NCBI RefSeq assembly: GCF_009914755.1
Contig: NC_060936.1
Direction: 5' to 3' (one strand)
Length of the DNA: 64,000 bases
From: the human T2T-CHM13v2.0 reference genome, Homo sapiens
Shown here in pieces: positions 28,071 through 40,830 of the stretch. Below the pieces are notes generated by a model. The model saw only the letters and a list, made by a program, of their open reading frames with translations. It ran no database searches and was not told where the DNA came from. Position numbers and translations under genes: made by a program. The first letter of the stretch is position 1. The number at the start of each line of letters is the position of its first letter.

Positions 28071-30114
28071 GATAAATAAGGCTATTTGTAAAGGTGGATG
28101 GTTTGGATTCTAGCACATTGTACTGTGATTGTTATACCATAATTTATCTTCTGTGAACATTGCAAGGAAGTTTCTGCACTTATTTTCAAGTTTTGATGTG
28201 TATATTTTTACAATACTGTTCACTTTTCTAAACTTTTCAATTGTAAGTTTCTTATAATTGAGAATTGTTTTCTCTTTCTTTGGTATATGTCCAGAGTTCT
28301 TAGCCCTCTAAATTCAGTTGTTGTTGAGTAAATTTTATTTTTTTAAAAAATAGAGATTAGAACATCTGATTTCAGATATTTAAAAAACTTAGATATTTAT
28401 CTTGTGGGGAATGACTTAGGAACAGTTTTCTTGAATGTAGAGATTTGAAATACCAATTTGCCTTTGGGTCATTATTTTGTAGGAATGTGGGAAGATATAA
28501 AATTCAATGAGCAATATGATTAGGCATTTATATAATTCCTTAAGTATATGCTATGTAGATCTTTCAACATATATATTAAAAGATTAAAAAATGCTTGATT
28601 ATCTGGCTCTGGGGTATACTTGTAAAACTTGCCTATTTGCTAAGGTCAAAACAGGCATGCATGTATTTTATATTCTAGCTTTATCTATGGTATATTAATA
28701 ATATAACTGGTTTCCAGCAGACACAACCTAGAGTAATCCCTGCCTAGGCTTAGCCTAGTTAGAGCCTAGTTAGGTCTTCTTGGGTTTGGACATGATTTGA
28801 GATATTGAAAAGAAAATAATTGAGGAGATTCAAAGCAGTATTCTAATGAAGCTATATGCAGGTTTACTAAACAGCCAACTTAGCCATTTATCTAAAAAAA
28901 TAATATATGTAAAATGTGGGTTTTACTGTAATATAATTACCGAGTCTCCTTACCAAAGGATGGGAAAACTTTATAGCCACGAGTGACAGAAAGAAACTAT
29001 TGTTCAGTTGTTGGATTCCATGTTTATGTCTGCTAAACTGGTCATTGATTTTCATACTGTGAACTTTCTTAACATTGCCAGGTATACAGTTAGAAGACCT
29101 CTTATCCTAAATGCTTAGGACTAATTTCGTTGGTCAGTGGAAAAAGATGGTTAAATGAGGGAATAGTTAAAACAATATGATACATGCATTTCTTGAACAA
29201 TTTATTTTAACCTAAAACAAAAATTAATTTGCTAATATTTTGGTGGGGGCTAAGGGTTTTACTTCAAGTAATAATTCATTAATTTTTTTGTTTTACAGTT
29301 TCTTTTTTGCATAATCATGCCTGGAATTCATTACCTATAAGGACATAGACACTTGTGAAGACAATCCTAGTGCAGAATTCCTCTAACTTTAATGAATCAT
29401 TTCATTAAAGATTTCATGATTTCCCTTATTATTATTATTACTTATTATTGAATGTATGACTCAGCCTTATAAAGTGTTTCCTAAACTTTTAGCTTATTTT
29501 AAAAATAGAAACACCAACTTTCTTTTTACATTTACATTTCATTTGTTTACATGGTACTTAATTAAAATTATATAGTTATAATAATAAGTATGAATGACAT
29601 AAAAAGTTTTGGAAATGAGCACAAGTAATTCTTGTTAAACACTATAGTTTTAAAAAAGTGAAGGGAAATGGACCATTGTTCTAAAGATTAGACAACTTAA
29701 GCTATGAGGCTTGGTGAGCTGTGGGTATCAGTCTTTATGTTTAATAAAGGGAATGGAGATTGTTGGCTAAGTTGAGGTCAAGTAACAGAGCCCCCTTTTT
29801 GTGCTGGTTTCAGCCCATTACCCTTCAACTTTATTCACTAAATCAGATAGTTACAGTGCTGCTTAGAATAGCTCCTGATATTAAATAGTGTCAATAATAA
29901 TACTTTAGCAGTCATCTCTGAGCTTCATCATTATAAACTAGATAAATAATTAAAACAAATAATAATAGAATGTTTAATGGGAGAAATAGGCACTGTTGAG
30001 AGAACAGTCTAAGATTCAGATCATTTAGCTCTATGCCCAGGGATGCCTTACTCTAGGTTTGTGACATTGAATAAATTGCTAAACCTTTCTGGATTCAGCT
30101 TCCAAATCTACAGG

Positions 30115-30327
30115 CTGGTAGTTCTCAACAAATCGTGATTTTGCCTCCCAGAGAACATTTGACAATATCTGGAGATATTTTTGATTGTCATAATCTGGGG
30201 AATGTTCCTGATATTTAGTGGCTAGAGGCCAGCACTACTGCTAAGATCCTGCAATACACAGGACAGGTCCTAACAAGAAAGAATTATCAGTTCAAAATTT
30301 TTGTAGTGCTAAAACTGAGGATCCTTG
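30115..30327 (+). mobile_element. MER20-like hAT-Charlie DNA transposon
   Basis: gttctcaac...gtgattttgcctcccagagaacatttgacaatatctggagatatttttgattgtca...tagaggcca...cacaggacag...gaattatc. Confidence 0.8.
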
Positions 30328-30395
30328 GGCTAGCTAATTTATGATGGTTTCTTCCTCTTCCCTATGTATCTATCATTCTCAAACTTAGGCTGATC

Positions 30396-30472
30396 ATATA
30401 TATATGTGTATATATATATGTATGTGTGTATATATATATGTGTATATATATATGTATGTGTGTATATATATA
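30396..30472. repeat. Compound TA/TG microsatellite with higher-order unit
   Basis: tatatatatgtgtatatatatatgtatgtgtg repeated. Confidence 0.9.
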
Positions 30473-31957
30473 TTTCTATTTTAAATAACCTGAGTAATGA
30501 CATTAGATGAATTTTTTTTGTCTAGTAGGTGTTTAAATGATGCAATAGTAATTTTCAATGTCTTATATAACATAAACAGAGAAGAATAAATATAGCCAAA
30601 ATTTACTACTCTGTACTTTTTCTAATTCAGCATTCCCAAATGTAAGTTAAATATAACTGTAGAAAACCCACAGTAGATTAAAATATTTATTCTTTCAGTA
30701 AAGGGACAGTTTACCAATGCTGTCAGGTAGATAGGTACCAGCAATATAGATAGGAAAGGGGAAAAGCTATGTAATGTTGGAGAGTTTAAATACTGTAATT
30801 CAGTTGAAAACTATATTTCAGCTAATAGCAACTTTGGGATTTATATATGTATATCCCTATGATTTAAAGTAAGATTCATCAGTGGTATAAAAATGATATT
30901 TTAGTGTGCTCAATTTTATGACTTGAGACCAGTTCAAAACAAGCATCACTGCTAGTATAATTCTAAATTATTTTGGAGGAAATGTATATTTTAAAATTCT
31001 TGGTGGTAATTAGTGATGATAGGTTCGCTGCTCTATACTTTTTTATGAAATAAAGTTTGACTTAAAGAACCTGAGAACAGGTTTCAAAAGTAACAGCATA
31101 GATACCAATCACATTTTTTCTGAGTTTTTAATTTGTTGACAAAATTTTTTTAAAAAAACTGTGATGAAAGCATGCGAGACTTGAGATGGCTGTAGAAGGA
31201 GAAACTGAGTAAGTTCCTCTTCTTGTCTTGTTTCCTCTCCCTATTTCTCCTTCTCTGTTTTGCTTACTCCAACTCCATGCACACTTGAATCACCATGAAT
31301 GGTGCCCAAGTTGAAGCCCAAATCAAGTTCCTTAGTTGTTGGGGCCGTGTCTTATTTGTCTTTTGATCCCTGGTATCTGGCATGTAGAGTCTCTAAGTAA
31401 ACTCTCTGCCCTTGACCTTTCTGCATATTATAGGCTCTGTCTTTGGGTTCCTCCCTCCCTCTATTTCCCTTTTTTCTGCTTCTCTCTCCCTTCCTTCCAG
31501 TTTAGTTTGGCATTTATAGTTTTCGTGGTTGTGTGGCTACTTTTCATCTAACATTTCTAGATGTTTAGAGCAGAAGGGGGGGCCCTCCCACCTGACCTCA
31601 GCCTACCACATTGTTGGAATCCATTCATTCTTCAACCTATTAAAATCTTACTCCATTTTATTACCAAGTAAACTCTTTCAAACAGTTAATTTATGATTCT
31701 CCTGGTTTTATTCTTACCCCATTCACCCCAGCAAGAAAGTCGGTTTCTCAAAAAAAAAAAAAAAAAAATGCCCTTCTTTCCCTACCTGATTATTACGTAG
31801 CATGAGAATTGACAGAGCACAAGCAGGGAATGATTACACAACATTTTTAAAAACTCTGTGTTGAAATGTATTTGTGGCATTACTGTCTCAAGGAAAGCCA
31901 AATGCATGCCTCAGAATTGAGAAAAATGTAAGTCGGCAAGCTTATCTCTAACTCCCC

Positions 31958-32519
31958 ATGATAAAATAAATTGAGTGTTTTAGAGCTGTCAGTAGTACTT
32001 GCGCAGTTCTATCTCTACTGCTATGTCAGTTAATATTTCCTCCCTCAAAACAAAACGAGTGCATAGGCAAAATGTAAGCCAGCAGTTGAGATTCTGAACT
32101 ACCTCCACCAGTGGGTTTCACCCCAAAGTGTCTCCTGAAGGCCTATTCATCCTGGGTTTGCAATGCTGGGTTGCAATGTTAATCATTTTTTCATGTGCTG
32201 ATGAGGAAAATGATAAAGTGATGGATGCTGCTCTTCCTTCTGCTTTGTCATCCTGACCCTGATTGTGCTGGGTGGACTTTCTCATTAACGATGCAAAGTC
32301 CGGTGATTTGCACTGTGCTCAGCTGGGCATCATTTCTTGTATCTTATTTTTGTTGGTCAGCATTATAGCTAGTTGTTGGAACTGATTTCCCTTGCACTCT
32401 CTGTTTGGCTATGCCATGGCCAGCACACTTTTGAATGAAACTGCTGATGGTTGTCGAAACTAAAGGGACATTCCTATATTTTGGATTGGCTCACGAATTC
32501 ACCTGTTGATGCCCTGGAG
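31958..32519 (+). pseudogene. Fossil exon: Frag1/DRAM/PGAP2-like TM1-4
   Basis: MIK*IECFRAVSSTCAVLSLLL...ELP / SPEGLFILGLQCWVAMLIIF / CFVILTLIVLGG / FLINDAKSGDLHCAQLGIISCILFLL (cf. yeast GGWVYITSTDDHDIH); donor GAG|GTAATT at 32520. Confidence 0.65.
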
Positions 32520-32779
32520 GTAATTTTCACTGGCTTTATTTATAGAAATGGCTTACACAGTGTAGTTGTGTCTAGTCAGTTGCCATATGGTACCCTAATA
32601 TGCCACCAAATGGTAATCAAAACTTAGTAGTAAATTTTCAGGAACTAATAAAACAACTGTGATGGAGGAGCTTCATTTGGGATGGTAGATATCAGTGGCT
32701 GGAGCAATGAGGAAGGCCTTGCCTTTCTCTTAGTGCTATTTGTTAGACAGAAGTTTTTAAACAGGTATGTCCAGAATAG

Positions 32780-33400
32780 TACTTAATTTCTTAAACTATA
32801 AAAGCAATATATGGTTATTATTAAAAATCGATTTGGAATGGAAGAATAAAAATAAAATGACTCAGTTCATTTTTCTGCTATCCCAATACCAGCCTTGGAG
32901 AATATGCTTTCAGGTAATCATAGAGTCAGAGAAAGAATAGAGATGACAGAGTCACATATGTGAAGACAGAGTCACATATGTGAAGTTAAAAAAATGTAAA
33001 TTTATCACAATATATATGATTTTCCAACTTACTGTTCTCAATGAATTTGTCTTGAAGAGTGTTACGTGTCAGGATATATAGGTCCACCTCATTCTTCATA
33101 GCAGCAGTGTGGTACTCCAGACCACAGATGCAAAACGCCATAATTTAGGTAAGCCTTCCATTATCGATAAACATAAGGTTACTGCCAATGTTTTACAGTT
33201 ATAAACAGCAAGTTAATGAACATTTTTGTACATATATCTTACAGTATGTAGGCTGACATTGCCGTAGTATTAACACTTAGAAATGGAACTGATCATTCCA
33301 TAGTTAGGCATATTTTAAATTTTGATGGATATTCTCAAATTGCCCCTCCCCAAAGACACTATATGAAAGTGCTCATTTCCTCCACATCCCCATCAATGCC
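32780..33400 (-). mobile_element. L1ME-type old fragment
   Basis: ccacctcattctt...aatgaacatttttgtacatatatctt...ttagaaatggaact...tattttaaattttgatggatattctcaaattgccc. Confidence 0.65.
32945..32985. repeat. 20-bp perfect tandem duplication
   Basis: gacagagtcacatatgtgaa x2. Confidence 0.95.
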
Positions 33401-33625
33401 CAGTCCTTTGCTTGATGGAAAAACAGTTTTGGGCATCTTTAGTGTTTTGGTCCACAGCTCCCGTCCTGACCACACTCACCAAATAGAATCTTACTTTACT
33501 CTTGGACAGAACAGAACAAATTAAAACAAAATAAAAATAACAAGAAACAGCTCAAGAGATGTGGATCTTTTGAGCAGCTTAACCAAAACCTAAACAAGGC
33601 AAATAAAGTGACCCTTTGTTATCAG

Positions 33626-33726
33626 CAAAGGCCTGTGCTTCCTCTGTGCTGCTGAGCCACAGTCAGCTAGGCTGGATCATGTGGAGAACTACTCAACAAA
33701 GCTGGATTTCCTTGACCAGTCAGCAG
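33626..33726 (+). pseudogene. Possible fossil exon (loop region)
   Basis: ttgttatcAG| open KGLCFLCAAEPQSARLDHVENYSTKLDFLDQSA CAG|GTAGAA; no motif match. Confidence 0.35.
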
Positions 33727-36006
33727 GTAGAAGGTTTTTCTTCACTTCTTTCCCCAAAGTCCCAACTCGAGTCTAACTACGATTCGAAGAAAATCAAGAG
33801 CTCCAGTGTACAAGTGACAGAGACCATTTGTTTTAAGACTTAGCAGTCACCCTGTTCAGGTCTTCTTAAGGGAGACGGCAGCTCCTGGACCTGGCCACAG
33901 AGTGTGAGAAAGATGGTGGAAGAGAGAAAGCTGTACATACACACGCACATACACACACGCACAGGGCGAGACAGAAAGGCAGGAGGCAAATTTTTTCCAA
34001 AGAAATCCAAAACAATAGGTAAAGAGGATGGAAAAAAGAGAATGGTAACTGGGCATTACCTTAACCACTGGGAGGAGAACAAAAGTAAGTCTTAAATCTG
34101 ATCAGCCATGGCTTATTACTTGATAAGGTGAGGTGAGGAGGGGAAGATGGTAGAAGAAACTTGATCTTCCAGTAGGAATCAATAAAAATTGTATTAGATG
34201 TTCCCCTTATCTTTGGGGCTCTTGTCTTACTCGTACTTCCTTTGTGGTAACTTTAGGTTTCTCATGTTTCTCTTCCTTGACGTTGCAAAATTTGATATAT
34301 TTCCATTTGTTTTGTTATTTCTTTTCAGATCTCACCGTTTGCTATATTTTGCTTTGCGTAATATTTTCTTTTCCTTCTCTTTCTGCATTATTTGCTTTAA
34401 AACAACATATACACTAAAGAAATGTAACCTCAACCTTTTCATTCAAGTGTGTATTTCTGAAAAAAAATCAGATATTTACAGATAATGAATAACACCACAA
34501 AAGTTGTTTTATGCTGCAACTGTACTTAGGTTCAATGTCATCTTTGCCACCTTCTCCCTGTGTTATGTAAATATTCCATTTATTGCAGGCATAAAAATAC
34601 CACCTTTCACTGTACTTTATGAGGAAATGGAAGCCAAATGACTTTTTTTTTATAGTTTAAAATTCATTTACTTATATATGTGGCAAATTCTAAGGCAAGC
34701 CAGCTCAAATCTGTGCCAAATTCAGGAAGAAAAGGATTATCACAAGAAATAATAAGTGGATTATCACAAGAAAGAAAAGGATTGGTAAAATATCTGTTAT
34801 TTCACTTACAGGTGGAAGGCTACCCCTTTTTGTCATTTAAATGCTAAATTTTCTTCTCCTTTTTCATACCTTTCATTTTCCCTCTTGCTTTGTTTTTGCA
34901 TACAAGCGAGTTGGGACATATATTGCTTCTATCTATCACTTTTACATAAAAGATAGAAATCCGGGAAATTGCAAAAGGTTTACAGTCTTTCCATAGACTA
35001 AAATCACAAGCCAGATGTTTTAAAACAATTTTATATTAAACAATTTTAAAACTAGTATTTGTATAAGCCAGTAAATCTATTTTTTTCATAAATGTCCTAT
35101 CATGTTTTTCCCCCCATTGGGCACTTGGATTGGAACTACAAACCACAATCTTCAAATAATTATTAAATCTGAAAAACCTATGTCTTGTAGTTTGTGGTGA
35201 CTCTGTAGGTAGCCACTGCAATAAAATCTATTTGGAGAAGGAGCTATTATCTATGCACAATGTGTATTTGATGAAATGGGTAGGCAATTACAGTTCACAA
35301 AAACACATACTGTATTAGAATAGTTCACATATAGCAAAGATAATTAGATTTTTCATACAGTAACCAGTCAGCCAATAGGAGTAAAAATGCTACAAATCTT
35401 ATTTATAAAAAGTGCCATTAAAAGATAATCCCTTCTAATGTTGCTTGAGCATTTTTCTGGATATGAGTGGGCAGATGAGTAATAGAAAAATAACACTGAC
35501 ATAAAAATTAAGCCTGGGAGATTCCTGAGTTTGTTTTGTGCAACTTGGAGTTTTGAGGCTCTGTCAGGAGACCGCTGGAGACAAGAGTACTGGATTAGAA
35601 GCAGGAAGATCTGGTGCTTGACCTGACTGTACTGTCAGTCAGTCATGTGACTCATCCCCCAAGTCTCACACTTCTCATTTTCAAAGAGAAGAACCCTGTA
35701 CTGCAGAGTAAGAGATCAATAAATGTTTGTTGAATGAGTAAAAGAATGAACAAAGATTTTAAAGATTCCTTTCCAAGATTCTGAAATTCCACTAGGAACT
35801 TGAACAAGCAATAAAAAGACAGCATTGCAAATTAAGAACAAACAAACAAACAAAAAAAAACTTTAGCCAAACATTCTATTTAGCTTAAATTTGTAGATAT
35901 ACAGATTTTCTAAATATCAGTTTTCCTCAAATGGACTTTAGATGACTTCCAGACTCAGGGTACAGTGTCACATTAGCTGGTTTAGCGAGAGTGTTGTATT
36001 CTACAG

Positions 36007-36192
36007 AAATGTGACTCTGAATAATGCCAGTTTGTCACAGATGGGGATGAAATCAGATTTTCTCCAAAACACCCAAATGTGTGATGCATAAAGCAACATT
36101 GGCAGCCAGTGGGGAAGATCTTATCAATGAAGTACACAAAGCTCTGAATGTTTACTTCGCAGAGGAAATGGCTTCACAGACCGGAAAATTTA
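36007..36192 (+). pseudogene. Possible fossil exon (luminal loop)
   Basis: ttgtattctacAG| NVTLNNASLSQMGMKSDFLQ / KATLAASGEDLINEVHKALNVYFAEEMASQTGKF; protein-like, 3' end uncertain, no motif match. Confidence 0.4.
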
Positions 36193-37368
36193 AGTTGTCA
36201 TAGAAACCCCCATGCCATATATTTTGTTTTAATTTGAGTATTGGCAGATTAAGAGGACTCAGTGACAAAGGAGCTATATTAAAAATGTTGAAATTGAGTG
36301 TGCTGGTTTTATTTTTTAACTTAATTGATATCTGTTTTCAAAAGGACTTTTAATATCTAGAAGGGCAAAAGTATTTCATGCAAATTGTGCATAGATTTCT
36401 GTTGAAAAACAATATGGCATTGGAACTTTTTGTTATAAAATGGTGTGTTTTCTCCTGTTTATTTCTTATCATAAATTATCTTTTTACCGTGGTATCATCA
36501 AAATAACTTCACTGGTATCAATTAGTAACATAGGAAGCTATATATCCCAACTGTCTACATTTTTATTCCAACTCTTTTACTTAAGGAATCTGATAGTAGC
36601 TGCTATTGGTTTAGGAAGGAAAATTAATAATTAGTTTGACAATCTACTTGAAGTCAAACATTTAGGAAAACAAACAAATACTGAATCCCTTAACTATCTG
36701 GAGAGCTAATATTTATTGAGGGACTGCTCTGGGCCTCGCTGTGCTAGATTCTCTATGTACATGATTTCATTTGGTCCTTCAACTACTCTGAAATATAAAT
36801 TATTTCATTTCTTGATATGTAAGGTGAGACTAAGAAACATTACGTGATGCTCAGTAAAAAGGAAAATCTGGAATTTAAACTTTTTCAACATCCAAAATGG
36901 CACCACACTGCCTCATGTCATATAATTAACTAGACACAAATGTCTAAGGAGCAGAACAGACATTTTGTGATAGATAAGACATAACTGATTCTGTAGTAAG
37001 AAGAACTAGGAAGATGTCCAGGCCTCACATATGACGGCCCCTTCTGGACCAAGTTAGACCTTGAGTTAGTCTTCAGTAACTAGCATCCCAGCTTGGTGTG
37101 AAAATTTGGAACACTTAATTATGGACATTAACATATTTACACATAATTAACACTAATACCATTTTGATAAATGATTAAAAATATTCCTGCATATATCTTC
37201 AGCTTTTACAAAGGGAATTATGTGATTTTGGGTTTTCAATTATGTGCAACCTATTGACTGGACATTTTCTGATGTTTCCATGGAGGATTTAAGTGTTATT
37301 ATGTATAATATGTTAGCTATTAATTTTTAAATAACAAGTTTAAATTGCACAAAATTACTTTATTATAG

Positions 37369-37448
37369 AAGCTGTTGCCAAAATCAACTGGCTTGGGAAT
37401 GCACATCACTGAGGAATTTGAACCAATCAAATCATTAGCCAGAGAAAT
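37369..37448 (+). pseudogene. Possible fossil exon
   Basis: tttattatAG| KLLPKSTGLGMHITEEFEPIKSLARE |GTAATT. Confidence 0.35.
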
Positions 37449-37890
37449 GTAATTATTTATAACTCAGCCAAGCTCTTATTATGGGCAAGTTAGTTGCACT
37501 TTTCTCCGCTCTTTTGTGGTTGATGTGGTATTTTATAATGAACGTAGATTAGTGGGAAAGGAGCAATATTTATAAGCAAAAGACAGTGTAACAGAGTGAA
37601 AAATTGAAATATGAAAAATTATGAAAGACGGAAACATTCAGAAAGCAGATTTTCTGAAATTGTGTTTAAAGACAGATAAATAAATATGTTTGAAGATGGA
37701 ATTGAGAAAAAAAGATATGGAAAATGGTCATTGCTCACAGAAAAAGATTCACTAAGCTTATTCTTTTGATGTGATATAATAGTGATTTGATGGATGCAGC
37801 TAACAAAATGTCTACAAAAAGCCCAGTGGTATCCATTAATATTGATGCATTGAGTTTCACTAACCGTATTCATGGATGTATTATTTCTAG

Positions 37891-38060
37891 CACCTTCTGT
37901 GTTTTTCTTTTTGTATTTGGTCCATACCAGCGTGTTGGGTGCTGTCCATGGTACTGGACCAGCGTTGCTTGCTAGGGCCTGCTGTTTGGGAGATTCTAGG
38001 GATGGTTTCCTCCTCCCAACCGCAATGCCCTGTTCCTTTATCTTACACTGTGCTTGAATT
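37891..38060 (+). pseudogene. Fossil exon: Frag1/DRAM-like last two helices
   Basis: ttatttctAG| HLLCFSFCIWSIPACWVLSMVLDQRCLLGPAVWEILGMVS / ALFLYLTL |GTAAAT; resembles the family A-x-x-E(W)...F-x-T helix. Confidence 0.5.
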
Positions 38061-38119
38061 GTAAATACAAGTTGTGAATTTATTAGTAACATTTCTAGTT
38101 ATTGTAGTTTCTAAGTATG

Positions 38120-39012
38120 AGATCTCAGTGGAGATCTCCAAACTTAACCTGGCTAAAACTGAGCTTTTATTTTTCTCCAAACCAGTTCCTCCTGCAGTCT
38201 CTTCCATCTCCGTCAATGGCAACTACATCCTTTGTTACTGAGGCTGAAATCTTCTTATAATCCTTGACTCCACTCTTTTTTTCACATCCCACATCTGTCA
38301 GGTCTGCCTTTAAAATATATTCAGAATCCGACCAGTTTTCACCACCTCACTGTGGCCATCCTTGTGTGAGCCCCCATCATCTCTCCCTGTAATGGACTTC
38401 TAACTGGCCGTCCTACTTATGTCCTTCTACTTCCCCAGGCCAACTTTTAAAGCCTGTTCTCTATATAGTAACCAGAGTAGTCTTGTAAAACATGTCAGGT
38501 CCTATTACTCCCTTGCTGAAAATCCTCTGATGGCTTTCTGCTTTAGTCAGATAGTAAAAGACAAAGTCCTTATAATGGCTCTTACATCATCTGGCCTTCT
38601 TGACTCTTCCTCATGTACCCTATTTCAGCCACACAGGCCCTTTTGATGATCCTTGAACACACCCAATTATGTTTTTGCTTTAAGACCTTTGTACTCGCGA
38701 TTCCCTGTGCCAATACAGATCTTCCATCATTATATGCATAGCTAATGTCCTTACTTTCTTCAGGTTTTTATTTAAAAATATCTTTTTCATTGATATTTTT
38801 CCTGGTCTTTCTATTTAAACTTGTTAAAAAGAAAGAAATACCCCCCCATAACAGCTTATATTTTAAATTAAATGTATCTTTGTTGTTTTTTTATCCCTCT
38901 AAGATGTTGGCTCAATGAAAGTAGGAATTTTTTCTGTTTTGTCTACTGCTATGCCTAGAATAATGCCTGCATAGTAGGAGCTCAATAAATATTTGTCAGC
39001 TGACTAAATGAA
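38120..39012 (+). mobile_element. L2 LINE 3' region
   Basis: ctccaaacttaacctggctaaaactgagc...atccttgactcc...tagtaggagctcaataaatatttg. Confidence 0.85.
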
Positions 39013-39158
39013 TGGAATTATGTTAACAGATGAATGATTTTAGCGGAAATAAATGTCAATATTTGATGATATAAATATATATATTAGATTATAATCATTT
39101 ATCAGATTATTATTTTAGATAATAAAAGCATTTTTAGCATTGCTTGATTTATGGTTAG

Positions 39159-39406
39159 GATTCTGTATTTGGAGGTGCTAAAATGGGTAAGAAGTCCAGC
39201 CATTGCAGATGCAGAGGCCTTTAGCTGAAGCTCTAGAGCTGTTGGGGTCCCCAGGAAAAAGCTCACATGAGATCTCCTGATGCTACGCTTCTGGCCTTCA
39301 TTATTCACCCCCATTTCTAACATATATATGTTGGGGGGAAGCTTAAGGTTTTCAGTGGTGTGGGGCTACGACGGGTGTCCCTTCACACCATTTCAAATGG
39401 ATAGGG
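39159..39406 (+). pseudogene. Possible fossil linker exon
   Basis: GC-richer non-repeat block ending in a consensus GGG|GTAAGT donor at 39407; frame ambiguous. Confidence 0.35.
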
Positions 39407-39665
39407 GTAAGTTATATCTAGAGTCTTAGTTCCAGAAACAAGGTTGTGATACATACTCCTGTTAAAAAAATTTTTTTTGATTAATGTGCACCAGCCACTA
39501 GGGGATGCTAGACACTCATATTCAGAGTAGGGTCCACTGTCTCATTGGGCTTGGCAAGAAGTCTGGTCTACCTACCTTCAGACCATTTCATTATTTGTAT
39601 TCTTTTTAGCCTTTTGTGTAAAACTAACATTTATTTAATATTTCCTCCATTCCTCCTTTTTTCAG

Positions 39666-39761
39666 CACATTCCCCAATTGGAGAGGGGTATTTTGGACGC
39701 ATCTGGGTTCTTGCTTTTAGGAACTGTGTTTAATCATGGAAACCTCATTCCTATTTTCCAA
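39666..39761 (+). pseudogene. Fossil exon: first CWH43-type helix
   Basis: branch point ACTAAC 39623-39628, polypyrimidine + CAG|, open 32 codons HIPQLERGILDASGFLLLGTVFNHGNLIPIFQ (cf. CWH43 REILLESLLGCVSWSLYHDLGP); donor weak. Confidence 0.6.
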
Positions 39762-40191
39762 GTGGCAGTGACTCATGCGGGGAGAGTCAAGGCCCTGGGT
39801 CTCTGCTAGTGCTTTCCCCATCCTTTAGCATTTCTTCACTTTGCTAAAAAGCGTAAAAGTCTTTTCAGTGATTCTGTCTGTGGGTGTTGGAAAAAGATTT
39901 TAAGAAAAATGATTTTCAAAATGACTAGTATTTACACGTATGAGTCCCTATCTTTTCAAGTTTTTAGTTTCATGCCACTTTAGGAAAATAATAGCCCATG
40001 CGGTGCCACCTTATTCTTTATATCTTTTACACGTGATTGATTGTAAAGGCGATGAGGATACCAGTATCCATTGCCAGGAGGTAAGCAGGAATCAGATAAA
40101 AGCAAAGGGTGGAAGGTGGAGATAGAAATACATATATGAATAACATTCTTCTTCTCTCCAACTTCATATAGCTTATCAAATCCTTAATTTA

Positions 40192-40484
<293 letters not shown>

Positions 40485-40579
40485 TCATAGTGTGCTCTGC
40501 TGTTAGAGATTCATGTGGGAAAAACATATATCTTGGTTTCTTTAAATAAATTAGTAGAGGGAAAAGCTGAATCGACATA

Positions 40580-40830
40580 TGTTATCATATAAAGGAGTTA
40601 AAATCATGTTCTTTGGTGTGAATAGACCTTGGTTTGAAACTAAACTCTGCTGCTTATTAGATGGGTAACTTCAGAGAAATTACTTTTTAACTCTCAATCC
40701 TCAGTTTTCTTAACATTAAATGAGTTTAATAACTTCTATCCCATAAAGTTATTGTGAAGATTCCTGGGAAATATGTATATACATATTTAATAACCATCAG
40801 CACAAAGAATGGCATGCAATAGTTGCTCTA
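40580..40830 (+). mobile_element. MIR SINE
   Basis: agaccttggtttgaaac...ctctgctgcttattag...ctcagttttct...gttattgtgaagatt. Confidence 0.65.

Noticed and set aside
37619-38092. 157-aa minus-strand ORF
   Set aside because: No recognisable motif, non-ATG start, partly antisense to a fossil exon.
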